A DNA stretch of 64,000 nt from an uncultured Candidatus Saccharibacteria bacterium (GCA_964525595.1 CAZGHF010000001.1:29509-93508); one strand, 5' to 3'; counted from the first letter of the stretch, positions 38,046 to 46,044 are shown. Program-made: numbers and translations. Notes: generated from the sequence alone by a model not told the origin.

Positions 38046-38075
38046 CAAAAAGGATACCACGAGGGTATCCTTTTT
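38046..38075. terminator. bidirectional intrinsic terminator aaaaa-ggatacc-acgag-ggtatcc-ttttt
   Basis: 7-bp stem flanked by an A-run and a T-run. Downstream of the minus-strand tRNA-Arg/tRNA-Ser pair. Confidence 0.7.
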
Positions 38076-38084
38076 GTGTATTTG

Positions 38085-38171
38085 CGGAGGGTAGAGGATT
38101 CGAACCTCTGAGGGGATTTCTCCCCAACCGCATTTCGAGTGCGGCGCATTAGACCACTCTGCCAACCCTCC
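38085..38171 (-). tRNA. tRNA-Ser(CGA)
   Basis: Minus strand GGAGGGT-TG-GCAGAGTGGTCTAATGC-G-CCGCA-CTCGAAA-TGCGG-long variable arm-AGAGG-TTCGAAT-CCTCT-ACCCTCC-G. Confidence 0.8.
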
Positions 38172-38172
38172 G

Positions 38173-38244
38173 TCTCCCCGGCAGGAATCGAACCCACATT
38201 TAGGGTTTAGGAAACCCTCGTTCTATCCGTTGAACTACGGGGAG
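38173..38244 (-). tRNA. tRNA-Arg(CCT)
   Basis: Minus strand CTCCCCG-TA-GTTCAACGGATAGAAC-G-AGGGT-TTCCTAA-ACCCT-AAAT-GTGGG-TTCGATT-CCTGC-CGGGGAG-A. Resembles E. coli argW apart from two G-U pairs in the T-stem and a C1-G72 pair. Confidence 0.7.
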
Positions 38245-38343
38245 GTTGATTTTAACACTTTATATAAATTTGCCGTTCGAGTAAATCCCCCCCTGTGTAA
38301 TACTTGTCTAGAGAGCGAAGATTTGTTATTTTTTTGATATACT

Positions 38344-38415
38344 GCGCCCTTAGCTCAGTGGTAGAGTGCTTGCATGACACGCAAGAGGTCGGAAGTTCGA
38401 TCCTTCCAGGGCGCA
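38344..38415 (+). tRNA. tRNA-Val(GAC)
   Basis: Acceptor GCGCCCT/AGGGCGC, anticodon stem CTTGC/GCAAG with loop ATGACAC, CCA encoded. Confidence 0.8.
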
Positions 38416-38420
38416 CCAAG

Positions 38421-38493
38421 GGGCCGTTAGCTCAGTTGGTAGAGCGCTTCGATGGCATCGAAGAGGTCGTCGGTTCGAATCCGATACGGTCCA
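38421..38493 (+). tRNA. tRNA-Ala(GGC)
   Basis: Acceptor GGGCCGT/ACGGTCC with the G3:U70 alanine identity pair, anticodon stem CTTCG/CGAAG with loop ATGGCAT. Confidence 0.8.
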
Positions 38494-38512
38494 CAAATTC
38501 CAAAATCAAAAA

Positions 38513-39205
38513 ATGTCATTACCGAATCATATAGTAATTGTTCCCGATGGTAATCGCCGGTGGGCAAGAAAGCGGGGGAAGTCGGTCCGGTTTGGTCACA
38601 CCGAAGGCGCAAAAAACACTGAGAAAATTTTGAAAGCGGCGCTAGATATGGGTATTCCAAGCTTCACTTTTTGGGGGTGTTCGGTTTCAAATATCACGGA
38701 GCGTTCGCGGGTGGAGATAAAATTCATCCTCTTTATCTTTGAGCAGTACTTTAAGAAACTTCTGAAAAGAAAAGAGCTTGATGAGTACGGTATTCGCGTT
38801 CGCGTTCTCGGTCGCTGGACGGAAATTTTCCCCAAAAAAACACAGAAACCGATTCAGGAAGTTATTGAAAAAACAAAGAGAAATAAAAACAGGAACATGA
38901 CTTTTCTTCTCGCCTATGACGGCCGGGACGAAATGACAGAAGCAATAAAGAGCATTAGAAGGAAAAAGGGCAAGAAGATAGACAGGGATTTGGTTAAAGA
39001 AAATCTCTGGACGAGGGACCTTCCCCCGGTTGATTTGGTTATTCGCACCGGCGGTGAACCGCACTGGTCGGCCGGGCTCATGATGTGGGACGTGGCCGAA
39101 GCGCGGCTCCATTTTACGGAAACTCTCTGGCCGGCCTTTACTCCCGGGGAATTTGAGAAAATTGTAAAAGTGACCGGTAAAGTTGAGCGCCGTTACGGCA
39201 GATAA
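38513..39205 (+). CDS. uppS: undecaprenyl diphosphate synthase (isoprenyl transferase)
   Basis: HIVIVPDGNRRWARKRG N-terminal motif, 230 aa. Confidence 0.9.
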   Translation: MSLPNHIVIVPDGNRRWARKRGKSVRFGHTEGAKNTEKILKAALDMGIPSFTFWGCSVSNITERSRVEIKFILFIFEQYFKKLLKRKELDEYGIRVRVLGRWTEIFPKKTQKPIQEVIEKTKRNKNRNMTFLLAYDGRDEMTEAIKSIRRKKGKKIDRDLVKENLWTRDLPPVDLVIRTGGEPHWSAGLMMWDVAEARLHFTETLWPAFTPGEFEKIVKVTGKVERRYGR

Positions 39206-39243
39206 TTGAAGTGTTATCTTTTTTGTGTTAATTTCTGTTTGAC

Positions 39244-39316
39244 GGGCCCATAGCTCATCTGGTAGAGCGCCACATTTGCAATGTGGAGGTAACCGGTTCG
39301 AGTCCGGTTGGGTCCA
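39244..39316 (+). tRNA. tRNA-Ala(TGC)
   Basis: Acceptor GGGCCCA/TGGGTCC with G3:U70, anticodon stem CCACA/TGTGG with loop TTTGCAA, CCA encoded. Confidence 0.8.
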
Positions 39317-39382
39317 CCAACAGCGAAGAAAGTTCTTACGTGCTATAAGTAGAACTTGTAATGGTTTGTTATAATTTAATTA

Positions 39383-39643
39383 GTGAAAATAAGAAATAAA
39401 ACACTTCGTTTTATAGAATTTTTTCTGGTTGGGGTGGTTATGGGAATAATAGAGGACGTTCTCGCGGTTTGGCTTTCAACGGGGGAACAGATAACTTTCA
39501 GGGTGATTTGGATAGTTTTTCTTGTCGCCTTGCCGTTTGCGATAATAAGCGAGTACATTGTTGACCATCCGAAATTTTGGAAAACAATCTTTCGCATTAA
39601 GGACAATGGGAGCAGGGTTGAAAAGAAAAAGAATCCGCGTTAG
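39383..39643 (+). CDS. hypothetical small membrane protein
   Basis: 86-aa ORF with two hydrophobic helices. Confidence 0.35.
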   Translation: MKIRNKTLRFIEFFLVGVVMGIIEDVLAVWLSTGEQITFRVIWIVFLVALPFAIISEYIVDHPKFWKTIFRIKDNGSRVEKKKNPR

Positions 39644-39658
39644 CTTATAATATGCTTT

Positions 39659-39689
39659 AGGAGGCGTGGCAGAGTGGTTTAACGCGCTA
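39659..39689 (+). pseudogene. tRNA-Ser-like 5' fragment (acceptor 5' half plus D-arm only)
   Basis: GGAGGCGTGGCAGAGTGGTTTAACGCGC aligns with the 5' 28 nt of tRNA-Ser(CGA) (GGAGGGTTGGCAGAGTGGTCTAATGCGC). No matching 3' half (CGCCTCC) is found downstream. Confidence 0.5.
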
Positions 39690-39711
39690 GTATTGCTCCC
39701 TGTTTGTCCAA

Positions 39712-39810
39712 GAGCAAAGCGATTGGTAACAAACAACAGTCCGCCGGAATATAATGGAGGCGGAAAACTGACTAACTGAGCGAAGCGATTGGTTATAAAT
39801 CGCAATCCGC
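39712..39810 (+). repeat. two direct copies of the 34-bp repeat (GAGCAAAGCGATTGGTAACAAACAACAGTCCGCC / GAGCGAAGCGATTGGTTATAAATCGCAATCCGCC) separated by 31 bp
   Basis: Copies are about 70% identical to each other. The second copy is 97% identical to the reverse complement of 37964..37993. Each copy is followed by GGAGGCGG-like or tRNA sequence. Confidence 0.65.
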
Positions 39811-39818
39811 CATAGCGC

Positions 39819-39907
39819 GGTGGGGTGGCTGAGTCTGGTTGAAGGCGCCGCACTTGAAATGCGGTATATCTGAAAAGGTATCGTGGGTTCGAATCCCACC
39901 CCCACCG
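39819..39907 (+). tRNA. tRNA-Ser(TGA)
   Basis: Acceptor GGTGGGG/CCCCACC, anticodon stem CCGCA/TGCGG with loop CTTGAAA, variable-arm hairpin ATATC-TGAAAA-GGTAT, T-arm GTGGG-TTCGAAT-CCCAC. Confidence 0.75.
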
Positions 39908-39927
39908 CGCTGCGGCGGAAAAATTGT

Positions 39928-41127
39928 ATGCATTTATTCTGGCACTACCATTCGCATCGTATTGACAGGGACTTTAGTCCCGATTTTTGGTTATATGAAC
40001 TTGCCGTTTGGCTCCATGTTTTGGGGAGGTCGCTGATTGCGGTCTTTATACCGATTTTATTGCTGCAAATCGGTTATGAGCTGGGTGAGGTTATCTTTTT
40101 CTATCTAATTTACAACTTGATTGATGTTCCTCTTAGCTTTTTGGTTCGTCACCTGGTATGCAAAATAGGCGCCCGCTGGGTCGTTATTTTGGGGAAAATC
40201 TGGAGTATTGGTTTTTTTGTTCTCCTGGCGCTTATTACGTCAAATAGCTGGCCGCTTCTTATGTTGCTCGCTCTCTTCGGAGCCTTCTACGACACTTTCT
40301 ATTGGATTGGACACCGATTTCTCTTTATGAAAAGTACCGGCGAGGCGAGTGATGTGGGAACAAAGACGGGCGTTTTGTACGCCGTTCAGCGGTTTGCGGG
40401 TCTTATCGGTCCGGCTGCTGGCGCCGGGATTCTAGTATTTTTCAATCAGCAGGCGCTTATATACGTGAGCATCGCTATTTTGGTAATGTCTGTGTTTCCT
40501 CTGCTTAAAGTAAATGATTTTCCGGATAAGCCGGCAAAGAAACCCCTTCCGCTCAAAGTGTTTTTTGCCAAGTGGCGTGAGCGAAAGAATTTCCTTTCAG
40601 CCGGTTTTTTCTCGATTCATGGTTCGGCGGAAGGGGTTTTGTGGCCGCTTTTCATTTTTGTAGTTTTTAAAACCATTGAATCCGTGGCAATCGTGCCTGT
40701 TATTATTTCCATTACCGCCATTGCTTTCTCTTATTTTGCCGGTTATTTTCAGAGAACCGCTCGAGACAGAGCCATTGTATTTGGGGCGGCGCTTATCGCG
40801 CTGGTTTGGATTGCCCGAATGGTTGTGGATGCGGAATTGTTTCTTTTCGTGAGCGTGTTTCTAGTGAGTACATTTTCGATACTCGTTACCATACCTTTGA
40901 GCAGTGATATTTTCTCGCGCGGAAAGAAAATTGACCCGCTAAACACATCCACTTTTATGAATGTCGCTAACATGCTTGCTAAAGCCATCCTCTATGGAAT
41001 CCTTGCTCTTTTTGTTAATGTATTCGGCGTTGGTTTTGTTGTTGCCGTCGTGAGTTTAACGGCTATAATTGCCGTCCACTATATTTATCTTTTAATGAAG
41101 GGGCACCAAATGGAGCCGGCGAAATAG
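39928..41127 (+). CDS. polytopic membrane protein, probable MFS-type transporter
   Basis: About 400 aa with 10-12 predicted TM helices. Start taken at the ATG at 39928 because the ORF-track start at 39883 overlaps tRNA-Ser. Confidence 0.45.
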   Translation: MHLFWHYHSHRIDRDFSPDFWLYELAVWLHVLGRSLIAVFIPILLLQIGYELGEVIFFYLIYNLIDVPLSFLVRHLVCKIGARWVVILGKIWSIGFFVLLALITSNSWPLLMLLALFGAFYDTFYWIGHRFLFMKSTGEASDVGTKTGVLYAVQRFAGLIGPAAGAGILVFFNQQALIYVSIAILVMSVFPLLKVNDFPDKPAKKPLPLKVFFAKWRERKNFLSAGFFSIHGSAEGVLWPLFIFVVFKTIESVAIVPVIISITAIAFSYFAGYFQRTARDRAIVFGAALIALVWIARMVVDAELFLFVSVFLVSTFSILVTIPLSSDIFSRGKKIDPLNTSTFMNVANMLAKAILYGILALFVNVFGVGFVVAVVSLTAIIAVHYIYLLMKGHQMEPAK

Positions 41128-41196
41128 TTTACCCGGGAGAGTCGTTTTCTTGTTACAATTGCTTTGATGTGGCAGAATGCCTATGATTTGACATAA

Positions 41197-41718
41197 ATGA
41201 CTAAAGAAGAAAGGAAAAATCATCGTCTTAATCTTTTAATATCGGTTCTTATTACGATAATTGTTCTGGTTGGGCTGCAGTTTCAGGTTTTTGTTTCATG
41301 GGGGATTTTGGATTTTAATCACCAAAAACCTGTAGTAGAACTTGACGCCTTGGCTAATTTGGGCGTGGATACAGACGTTCTTGAAAGCGACATTACTCAT
41401 CTTGTCGCCACCATGAGCAGTGCTCAACAGGGAAGCCACTTTATTTTCGGGATGATTTCCGGGCTTGTTTTTTCACAGCCAGTCGCCGGCCTTACTGTCG
41501 GTGTTATTAAAGAATCAGTTGATTTTGTTAACAATTATCGAGAAGGCCTTATAGGCCGGGATTATTTTATTGATGCAGTTGTCGATACCTCTTTCTGGGC
41601 CTTAGGCGGCTTTGTCGGATTCTATCTTTTATCGGCAATTTACGGAATCTTTCGTGAGAACAAAATTAACAGCCTCAGAGATTTAGTTGTATTCTTGGGA
41701 AGGAAGTTTCGACGCTAA
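41197..41718 (+). CDS. hypothetical membrane protein
   Basis: 173 aa with three hydrophobic segments. Confidence 0.4.
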   Translation: MTKEERKNHRLNLLISVLITIIVLVGLQFQVFVSWGILDFNHQKPVVELDALANLGVDTDVLESDITHLVATMSSAQQGSHFIFGMISGLVFSQPVAGLTVGVIKESVDFVNNYREGLIGRDYFIDAVVDTSFWALGGFVGFYLLSAIYGIFRENKINSLRDLVVFLGRKFRR

Positions 41719-41736
41719 GAAATGGGAGCTTTAGGA

Positions 41737-42126
41737 CTAAAAAACAAATATAAGTATGGAAAGAATTCCCACAACGGATATAAAAAGATGCCAATAGCTG
41801 TGGCGAATCTCATTTTTACTTTTACCGCCTGTAATAAAAAAGTAAGCTGCCAGAGCCGTAAAAGCCAGTAAGGCATAGAAGAGAAGTTTTGGCTCAAAAC
41901 CCCCTCGGTAAATGAGCCATACCCCCCAAATTAAAAGGATAATAGAGACAGCGTGATCTGCGAAGTAAAATTTTCTTTCGTTATAGTAGTGGTAAAGAGA
42001 TGAGGTTGCTATTCCAATAACACCTGCAATACCCAGGTATGTCAGTTCGTAGTAAAAAGCCGCGATAATCGGGGCGATAAATACTATATTGCTCCAGGTG
42101 GCCGGGTGCTGAGTTAAACTTTTCAT
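41737..42126 (-). CDS. hypothetical membrane protein (4 TM)
   Basis: 129 aa, four hydrophobic helices. The ATG at 42126 directly abuts tRNA-Leu. Confidence 0.4.
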   Translation of the reverse strand: MKSLTQHPATWSNIVFIAPIIAAFYYELTYLGIAGVIGIATSSLYHYYNERKFYFADHAVSIILLIWGVWLIYRGGFEPKLLFYALLAFTALAAYFFITGGKSKNEIRHSYWHLFISVVGILSILIFVF

Positions 42127-42131
42127 TTATG

Positions 42132-42216
42132 TGCCCGGGGTGGGATTTGAACCCACAACCCCTTTTACGGGGCGAGGATTTTAAGTCCTCTGCGTAAACC
42201 GTTCCGCCACCCGGGC
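42132..42216 (-). tRNA. tRNA-Leu(TAA)
   Basis: Minus strand GCCCGGG-TG-GCGGAACGGTTTACGC-A-GAGGA-CTTAAAA-TCCTC-long variable arm-GTGGG-TTCAAAT-CCCAC-CCCGGGC-A. Confidence 0.8.
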
Positions 42217-42221
42217 AGTGG

Positions 42222-42293
42222 AGGCCGCGGCGGGAATTGCACCCGCGTATATCGGTTTTGCAGACCGATGCCTTACTACTTGGCTACGCGGCC
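42222..42293 (-). tRNA. tRNA-Cys(GCA)
   Basis: Minus strand GGCCGCG-TA-GCCAAGTAGTAAGGC-A-TCGGT-CTGCAAA-ACCGA-TATAC-GCGGG-TGCAATT-CCCGC-CGCGGCC-T-CCA. The T-loop has G at position 55. Confidence 0.65.
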
Positions 42294-42294
42294 A

Positions 42295-42582
42295 TTAGTG
42301 ATTTTCAATTTCAAAGACAAGCCTCGGTATACTCCTTAACCTTGTCCTTTTCAATAACTTGTACTGTAATTCTTTCTTTTTACTCTCCAGCGCCCGCAGT
42401 ACTTTCAGGCCGTTCTCTTCGGGAATAATAGCAATCTTCACTTTAGCTTGCAACATATTGGAGGAAACTTCAATCGAAGTTATGGTTACGAACGTATTGC
42501 CGAATTCAAAGTCGCGGAGAAGAAGATTGTTCAATTCATGCTTTAAAACACTTGTGATTCTTGATTCACGAAACAAACCCAT
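42295..42582 (-). CDS. rbfA: ribosome-binding factor A
   Basis: 95-aa RbfA-like sequence (RITSVLKHELNNLL...VTITSIEVSSNMLQAKVKIAI...). Confidence 0.75.
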   Translation of the reverse strand: MGLFRESRITSVLKHELNNLLLRDFEFGNTFVTITSIEVSSNMLQAKVKIAIIPEENGLKVLRALESKKKELQYKLLKRTRLRSIPRLVFEIENH

Positions 42583-44016
42583 TTATTTAAAAACGAGTCG
42601 TTGACCGGCTTTTATTTTCACTCCGGTTTCGGTCAAAAGTCCGACTTCAACTCCTTCCTCGGCGTTTTGAATGTCTTTTTTGCCTGATTGGAGATTAAGG
42701 ATTTTTCCTTCGCCGATTAAAATATCCTCCTGGAAGACCTCAAATTTCTCAAGATTTTTTACGGGACCGGCGGCAACTTTGCCGCCCACTACCTGCTTTC
42801 CATTTTTCAGCTCGCTAAAAACCGCAAGCACTTCGATTATTCTTTCTTCATCTCCTGCCTTTTCCTTTAAATATTCTTTAAGGTTTTTTTCAAGGTCGTA
42901 AATTATGTCCGAAGTCATTATGACAACGTCCCGCCTTCTTACGGTGTTTTCCGCCGCTTTGTCGGTTTTCACTCGGAAGCCCACAATTATCGCTCCGGTC
43001 GACGCAGCAAGCTTTACGTCGCTCTCATGAATGTTGCCCGGACTTTTATTAATAACATTGACATTCTCCGCTCCAGCCACTTTCTCAATTATGTGGGAGA
43101 GTGCTTCTAAGGAACCAACTTCGCTTGTCTTTATGATTACTTTTAACTCATTTTCTTTTGAGCCTTCTTTTATTTCTTTCTTTTTCTCCATTTCTTTCTT
43201 TTTACTGATAGTTCGGGAATCGGAAGAGAATTCCTCTCCAACTTCGGGTGCGTTCTGGAATCCTAAAATCATTGCTGGGGAAGAGGGAGCCAGTTCCGAG
43301 ACTTTATTTCCTCGGAAATCTTCCAGTATTTTAATTTTTCCCGATGTGCTCGGTGTGTGTGCTTCATCACCCCTCCTTAAAATTCCGTCAACCACAATAA
43401 TGCCGACGGTAAGACCTCTCCTTGGGTCAGGGTGAGCAGTAAGAACCACGCCTTTTGCCGGATTTTCTGGATTATAACTGAGACTTTCAAGTTCTGCCGC
43501 GAGAAGAATAAGGTCGAGAAATTCCGGTACCCCCTCGCCGGTTTTGGCTGACACGAGCTGAGCGGAGATATTACCACCCATTCCCTCAAGAAGAACGTTA
43601 GCTTCACCCAATTCCCTTTTTACTCTCTCAATATCGGCATTACGCTTGTCTATCTTGTTTATGGCAACGAGATATGGCATTTCTTCTTTGCGGATGTATT
43701 TTAGAGCATCCTCGGTTTGCGGTTTCACACCTTCGTCGGCGGCAACAACGAGAATGGCAATATCGGCGATTTTTGCGCCATGTTCACGCATTTTAGAAAA
43801 AGCTTCATGTCCGGGCGTATCAATAAAAGTAATCTTCTTATCGCTGTAGTTTATTTCGTAGGCGCCGATTGACTGGGTAATACCGCCGGCTTCTTTCTCG
43901 ACGACATTCGTCTTTCTGATATAGTCAAGAAGCTGAGTCTTGCCGTGGTCAACGTGACCCATTACAACTACAATCGGCGGCCGGTTTTTAATTTTTTCTT
44001 TGTTTTTAGGAGTCAT
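42583..44016 (-). CDS. infB: translation initiation factor IF-2 (short N-terminus)
   Basis: G domain PPIVVVMGHVDHGKTQLLD, DTPGHEAF, NKID. The ORF-track ORF extends to 44058, but an internal Met (MTPKNKEK) is the more likely start. Confidence 0.85.
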   Translation of the reverse strand: MTPKNKEKIKNRPPIVVVMGHVDHGKTQLLDYIRKTNVVEKEAGGITQSIGAYEINYSDKKITFIDTPGHEAFSKMREHGAKIADIAILVVAADEGVKPQTEDALKYIRKEEMPYLVAINKIDKRNADIERVKRELGEANVLLEGMGGNISAQLVSAKTGEGVPEFLDLILLAAELESLSYNPENPAKGVVLTAHPDPRRGLTVGIIVVDGILRRGDEAHTPSTSGKIKILEDFRGNKVSELAPSSPAMILGFQNAPEVGEEFSSDSRTISKKKEMEKKKEIKEGSKENELKVIIKTSEVGSLEALSHIIEKVAGAENVNVINKSPGNIHESDVKLAASTGAIIVGFRVKTDKAAENTVRRRDVVIMTSDIIYDLEKNLKEYLKEKAGDEERIIEVLAVFSELKNGKQVVGGKVAAGPVKNLEKFEVFQEDILIGEGKILNLQSGKKDIQNAEEGVEVGLLTETGVKIKAGQRLVFK

Positions 44017-44071
44017 AGGAGTATTTGTAAAACTAACAAAAAAGTGGTATAAACACAAGGAATTTCGTTTG

Positions 44072-44160
44072 GGAGAGGTGGCTGAGTGGTTGAAAGCAGC
44101 GCACTGCTAATGCGTTAATCGGTTAACACCGGTTCGAGGGTTCGAATCCCTCCCTCTCCG
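44072..44160 (+). tRNA. tRNA-Ser(GCT)
   Basis: Acceptor GGAGAGG/CCTCTCC, D-arm GCTGAGTGGTTGAAAGC, anticodon stem GCGCA/TGCGT with loop CTGCTAA, long variable arm, T-arm GAGGG-TTCGAAT-CCCTC. Confidence 0.8.
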
Positions 44161-44259
44161 CAATTTTTCTCGACAATGTCTTTATGGCATCGTCGGGAAA
44201 AATCTACGAGGTGGGCGAGAACTTGTTCTCCCGCTATTGTGGGACCTCCCCCCCCCGTA

Positions 44260-44331
44260 GCTCTCATCGTCTAACGGTTAGGACGTCAGCTTTTCAAGCT
44301 GAAAACCGGGGTTCGATTCCCCGTGAGAGCG
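44260..44331 (+). tRNA. tRNA-Glu(TTC)
   Basis: Acceptor GCTCTCA/TGAGAGC, anticodon stem TCAGC/GCTGA with loop TTTTCAA, T-arm CGGGG-TTCGATT-CCCCG. Preceded by a run of 9 C. Confidence 0.75.
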
Positions 44332-44340
44332 CAAAAGGAT

Positions 44341-45066
44341 ATGATTGTCCGGCCAATTAAGACTCGTGTTTTTCGGGAAGGCGAAGATTTATTCGCTTTC
44401 ATAACAGGTTATTTCAAGAAATTGCCGGAGAAGTCAGTGGTTGTTATCACTTCAAAGATTGTCTCTCTTGCTGAAAAAAGAACGGCTGCTTTTGAGAGTG
44501 TTGAATTTAAAAGGAAGCTAATTCGCAAAGAAGGCGACTTTGTTATGCCTAGTAAATATGGATGGCTTACTGTCAGGGATGGTGTGGTTATGACTTCCGC
44601 CGGCATTGATGAGTCAAACGCAGACGGCAAACTTGTTCTTTTACCGAAAGACGGTTTCAAAACGGCTCACATTTTGCGCAATAAATTGCGGAAGAAATAT
44701 GGCGTTAAAAATCTTGGAGTTCTCATTACTGACAGTCGTAGAATGCCGTTTCGAGCCGGAGCAGTCGGTGTCGCAATCGGCTACGCCGGTTTCTGCGGCA
44801 TAAGGGAATATCGCGGCAAGCCTGATATCTTTGGGAGGAAATTCAAGTTTTCTCAGATGAACGTTGCCGACAGTCTCGCTGGAGCTGCGGTTTTAGTAAT
44901 GGGGGAAGGAGATGAACGGCAACCTTTGGCAATTCTCAAAAAGACGCCGGTTGAATTTTGTGATAAAATCCACCCAAAGGAGCTACAAATCGATATTAAG
45001 GACGATATGTTTTGTCCCCTCTTTTTGAAACTGCCTTATGCCAAAAAAGACAAAAAAAGAAAATAA
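44341..45066 (+). CDS. CofE-like (F420-0:gamma-glutamyl ligase family) protein
   Basis: MIVRPIKTRVF...VVVITSKIVSLAEKR...GVVMTSAGIDESNA...LGVLITDSRRMPFRAGAVGVAIGYAGF matches the CofE/PF01996 pattern. Start taken after tRNA-Glu. Confidence 0.6.
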   Translation: MIVRPIKTRVFREGEDLFAFITGYFKKLPEKSVVVITSKIVSLAEKRTAAFESVEFKRKLIRKEGDFVMPSKYGWLTVRDGVVMTSAGIDESNADGKLVLLPKDGFKTAHILRNKLRKKYGVKNLGVLITDSRRMPFRAGAVGVAIGYAGFCGIREYRGKPDIFGRKFKFSQMNVADSLAGAAVLVMGEGDERQPLAILKKTPVEFCDKIHPKELQIDIKDDMFCPLFLKLPYAKKDKKRK

Positions 45067-45538
45067 GAAGAATTCAGGGCGGGAAATCAGCTGGCGGGCG
45101 GCCGAGTATCAATATGTTCAAAAGGGCGTTATTTGGTATTTCATTGTTTGCTTGGTCGCTCTTCTTTTGATTGTTATCGCTCTTTTTAGCGGTAACTTTT
45201 TCTTTGCCGTTTTTGTTATTATTGCGGCAGTTACCGTAATTTTTTTCGCAAAGCGGCGACCCCAAGTTTTTGATTTCAAAATAGCCGACCAGGGAGTTGC
45301 GATAGGCGAGAACATTTTCTATGATTATGAGCGCCTTGACGGTTTTGCTATTCGGGAGCGTCCGGAGAAGCTGGATGAAATAGTCCTTAAAAAGAAGGCT
45401 ACGCTTAATCCTTACGTCAGGATTCCGATTGACTCTACTCTTGCCGAGGAAGCGAAGAATATGCTGGGAGAAAAAATTCCTGAGATTGAGTATCAGGAAT
45501 CGTTCGTTGAGGTTATTTCCGAGTGGTTTGGGTTTTGA
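45038..45538 (+). CDS. hypothetical membrane protein (2 TM)
   Basis: 166 aa, K-rich N-terminus, two adjacent TM helices. Confidence 0.4.
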   Translation: MPKKTKKENKKNSGREISWRAAEYQYVQKGVIWYFIVCLVALLLIVIALFSGNFFFAVFVIIAAVTVIFFAKRRPQVFDFKIADQGVAIGENIFYDYERLDGFAIRERPEKLDEIVLKKKATLNPYVRIPIDSTLAEEAKNMLGEKIPEIEYQESFVEVISEWFGF

Positions 45539-45596
45539 AATCAACGGACCCCGCACCAGAACAAGTTCGGTGCGGGGCAAGTAGGACGCGAGGGAT

Positions 45597-45669
45597 GTCC
45601 CCGTAGCTCAGCGGATAGAGCGCAAGTTTGCGGAACTTGAGGCCACAGGTTCAAATCCTGTCGGGGACG
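45597..45669 (+). tRNA. tRNA-Arg, anticodon read as GCG
   Basis: Acceptor GTCCCCG/CGGGGAC, D-stem GCTC/GAGC, anticodon stem CAAGT/ACTTG with loop TTGCGGA, T-arm ACAGG-TTCAAAT-CCTGT. Confidence 0.7.
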
Positions 45670-45686
45670 CAAAGGTTCGATTTTTA

Positions 45687-45717
45687 CCCCGTAATTTTCG
45701 AAGAAAATTTTACGGGG
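45687..45717 (+). terminator. hairpin ccccgtaattttcgaagaaaattttacgggg after tRNA-Arg
   Basis: 8-bp GC-containing stem plus extended A/T pairing, preceded by a T-run. Confidence 0.45.
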
Positions 45718-45773
45718 CCTCTCGAGGGCACAAAAGGCTAGACAATTAGTAATATCTCCCTAAAATAAGGTTA

Positions 45774-45971
45774 ATGACGACAAAGAGATTGGTTGCTCAT
45801 CTTCTAATAATCCTTCTTATTGTTATCCTGTTCCTTGTTATTTTAGGGCTTATTTCACCAAAAGAAGCTATGGCACCGACTGATTCCTCAACTTTTCAGG
45901 GGCCGCCATCCGGTGAATTTAGCGGATTTAAAGGACCGACCAGTTCACCGCCCTACGGCGGAACAGAATAA
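45774..45971 (+). CDS. hypothetical small membrane protein
   Basis: 65 aa with one TM helix and a Gly/Pro/Ser-rich tail. Weak evidence. Confidence 0.25.
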   Translation: MTTKRLVAHLLIILLIVILFLVILGLISPKEAMAPTDSSTFQGPPSGEFSGFKGPTSSPPYGGTE

Positions 45972-45973
45972 AA

Positions 45974-46044
45974 GCGGGTATAAGTTAGTGGCAGACTATC
46001 TCGTTGCCAACGAGAAAACGCGAGTTCGATTCTCGCTACCCGCA
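45974..46044 (+). tRNA. tRNA-Gly(GCC)
   Basis: Acceptor GCGGGTA/TACCCGC, anticodon stem TCTCG/CGAGA with loop TTGCCAA, T-arm GCGAG-TTCGATT-CTCGC. Confidence 0.7.

Noticed and set aside
37755-38534. ORF-track ORFs 37755..38165(-), 37808..38197(-), 37888..38094(+), 37967..38152(+), 38304..38534(+)
   Set aside because: They lie entirely over tRNA-Ser/Arg/Val/Ala genes, the repeat and the terminator, and are spurious translations of structural RNA.
39712-39810. Possible mini CRISPR array (two 34-bp direct repeats with a 31-bp spacer)
   Set aside because: Only two direct copies, about 70% identical to each other. A third copy is inverted 1.8 kb away and there are no cas genes. It behaves like a dispersed repeat or tRNA-associated element, not a CRISPR array.
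39476-39905. ORFs 39476..39853(-) and 39687..39905(-) showing internal peptide repeats (RFITNRFA / LFVTNRFAL)
   Set aside because: The peptide repeats are translations of the 34-bp DNA repeat and overlap tRNA-Ser(TGA). They are not coding.
44058-44072. infB using the first in-frame Met at 44058
   Set aside because: That start lies 14 nt from tRNA-Ser(GCT) and adds a hydrophobic MCLYHFFVSF tag. The internal Met (44016, MTPKNKEK) is more plausible, though unverified.
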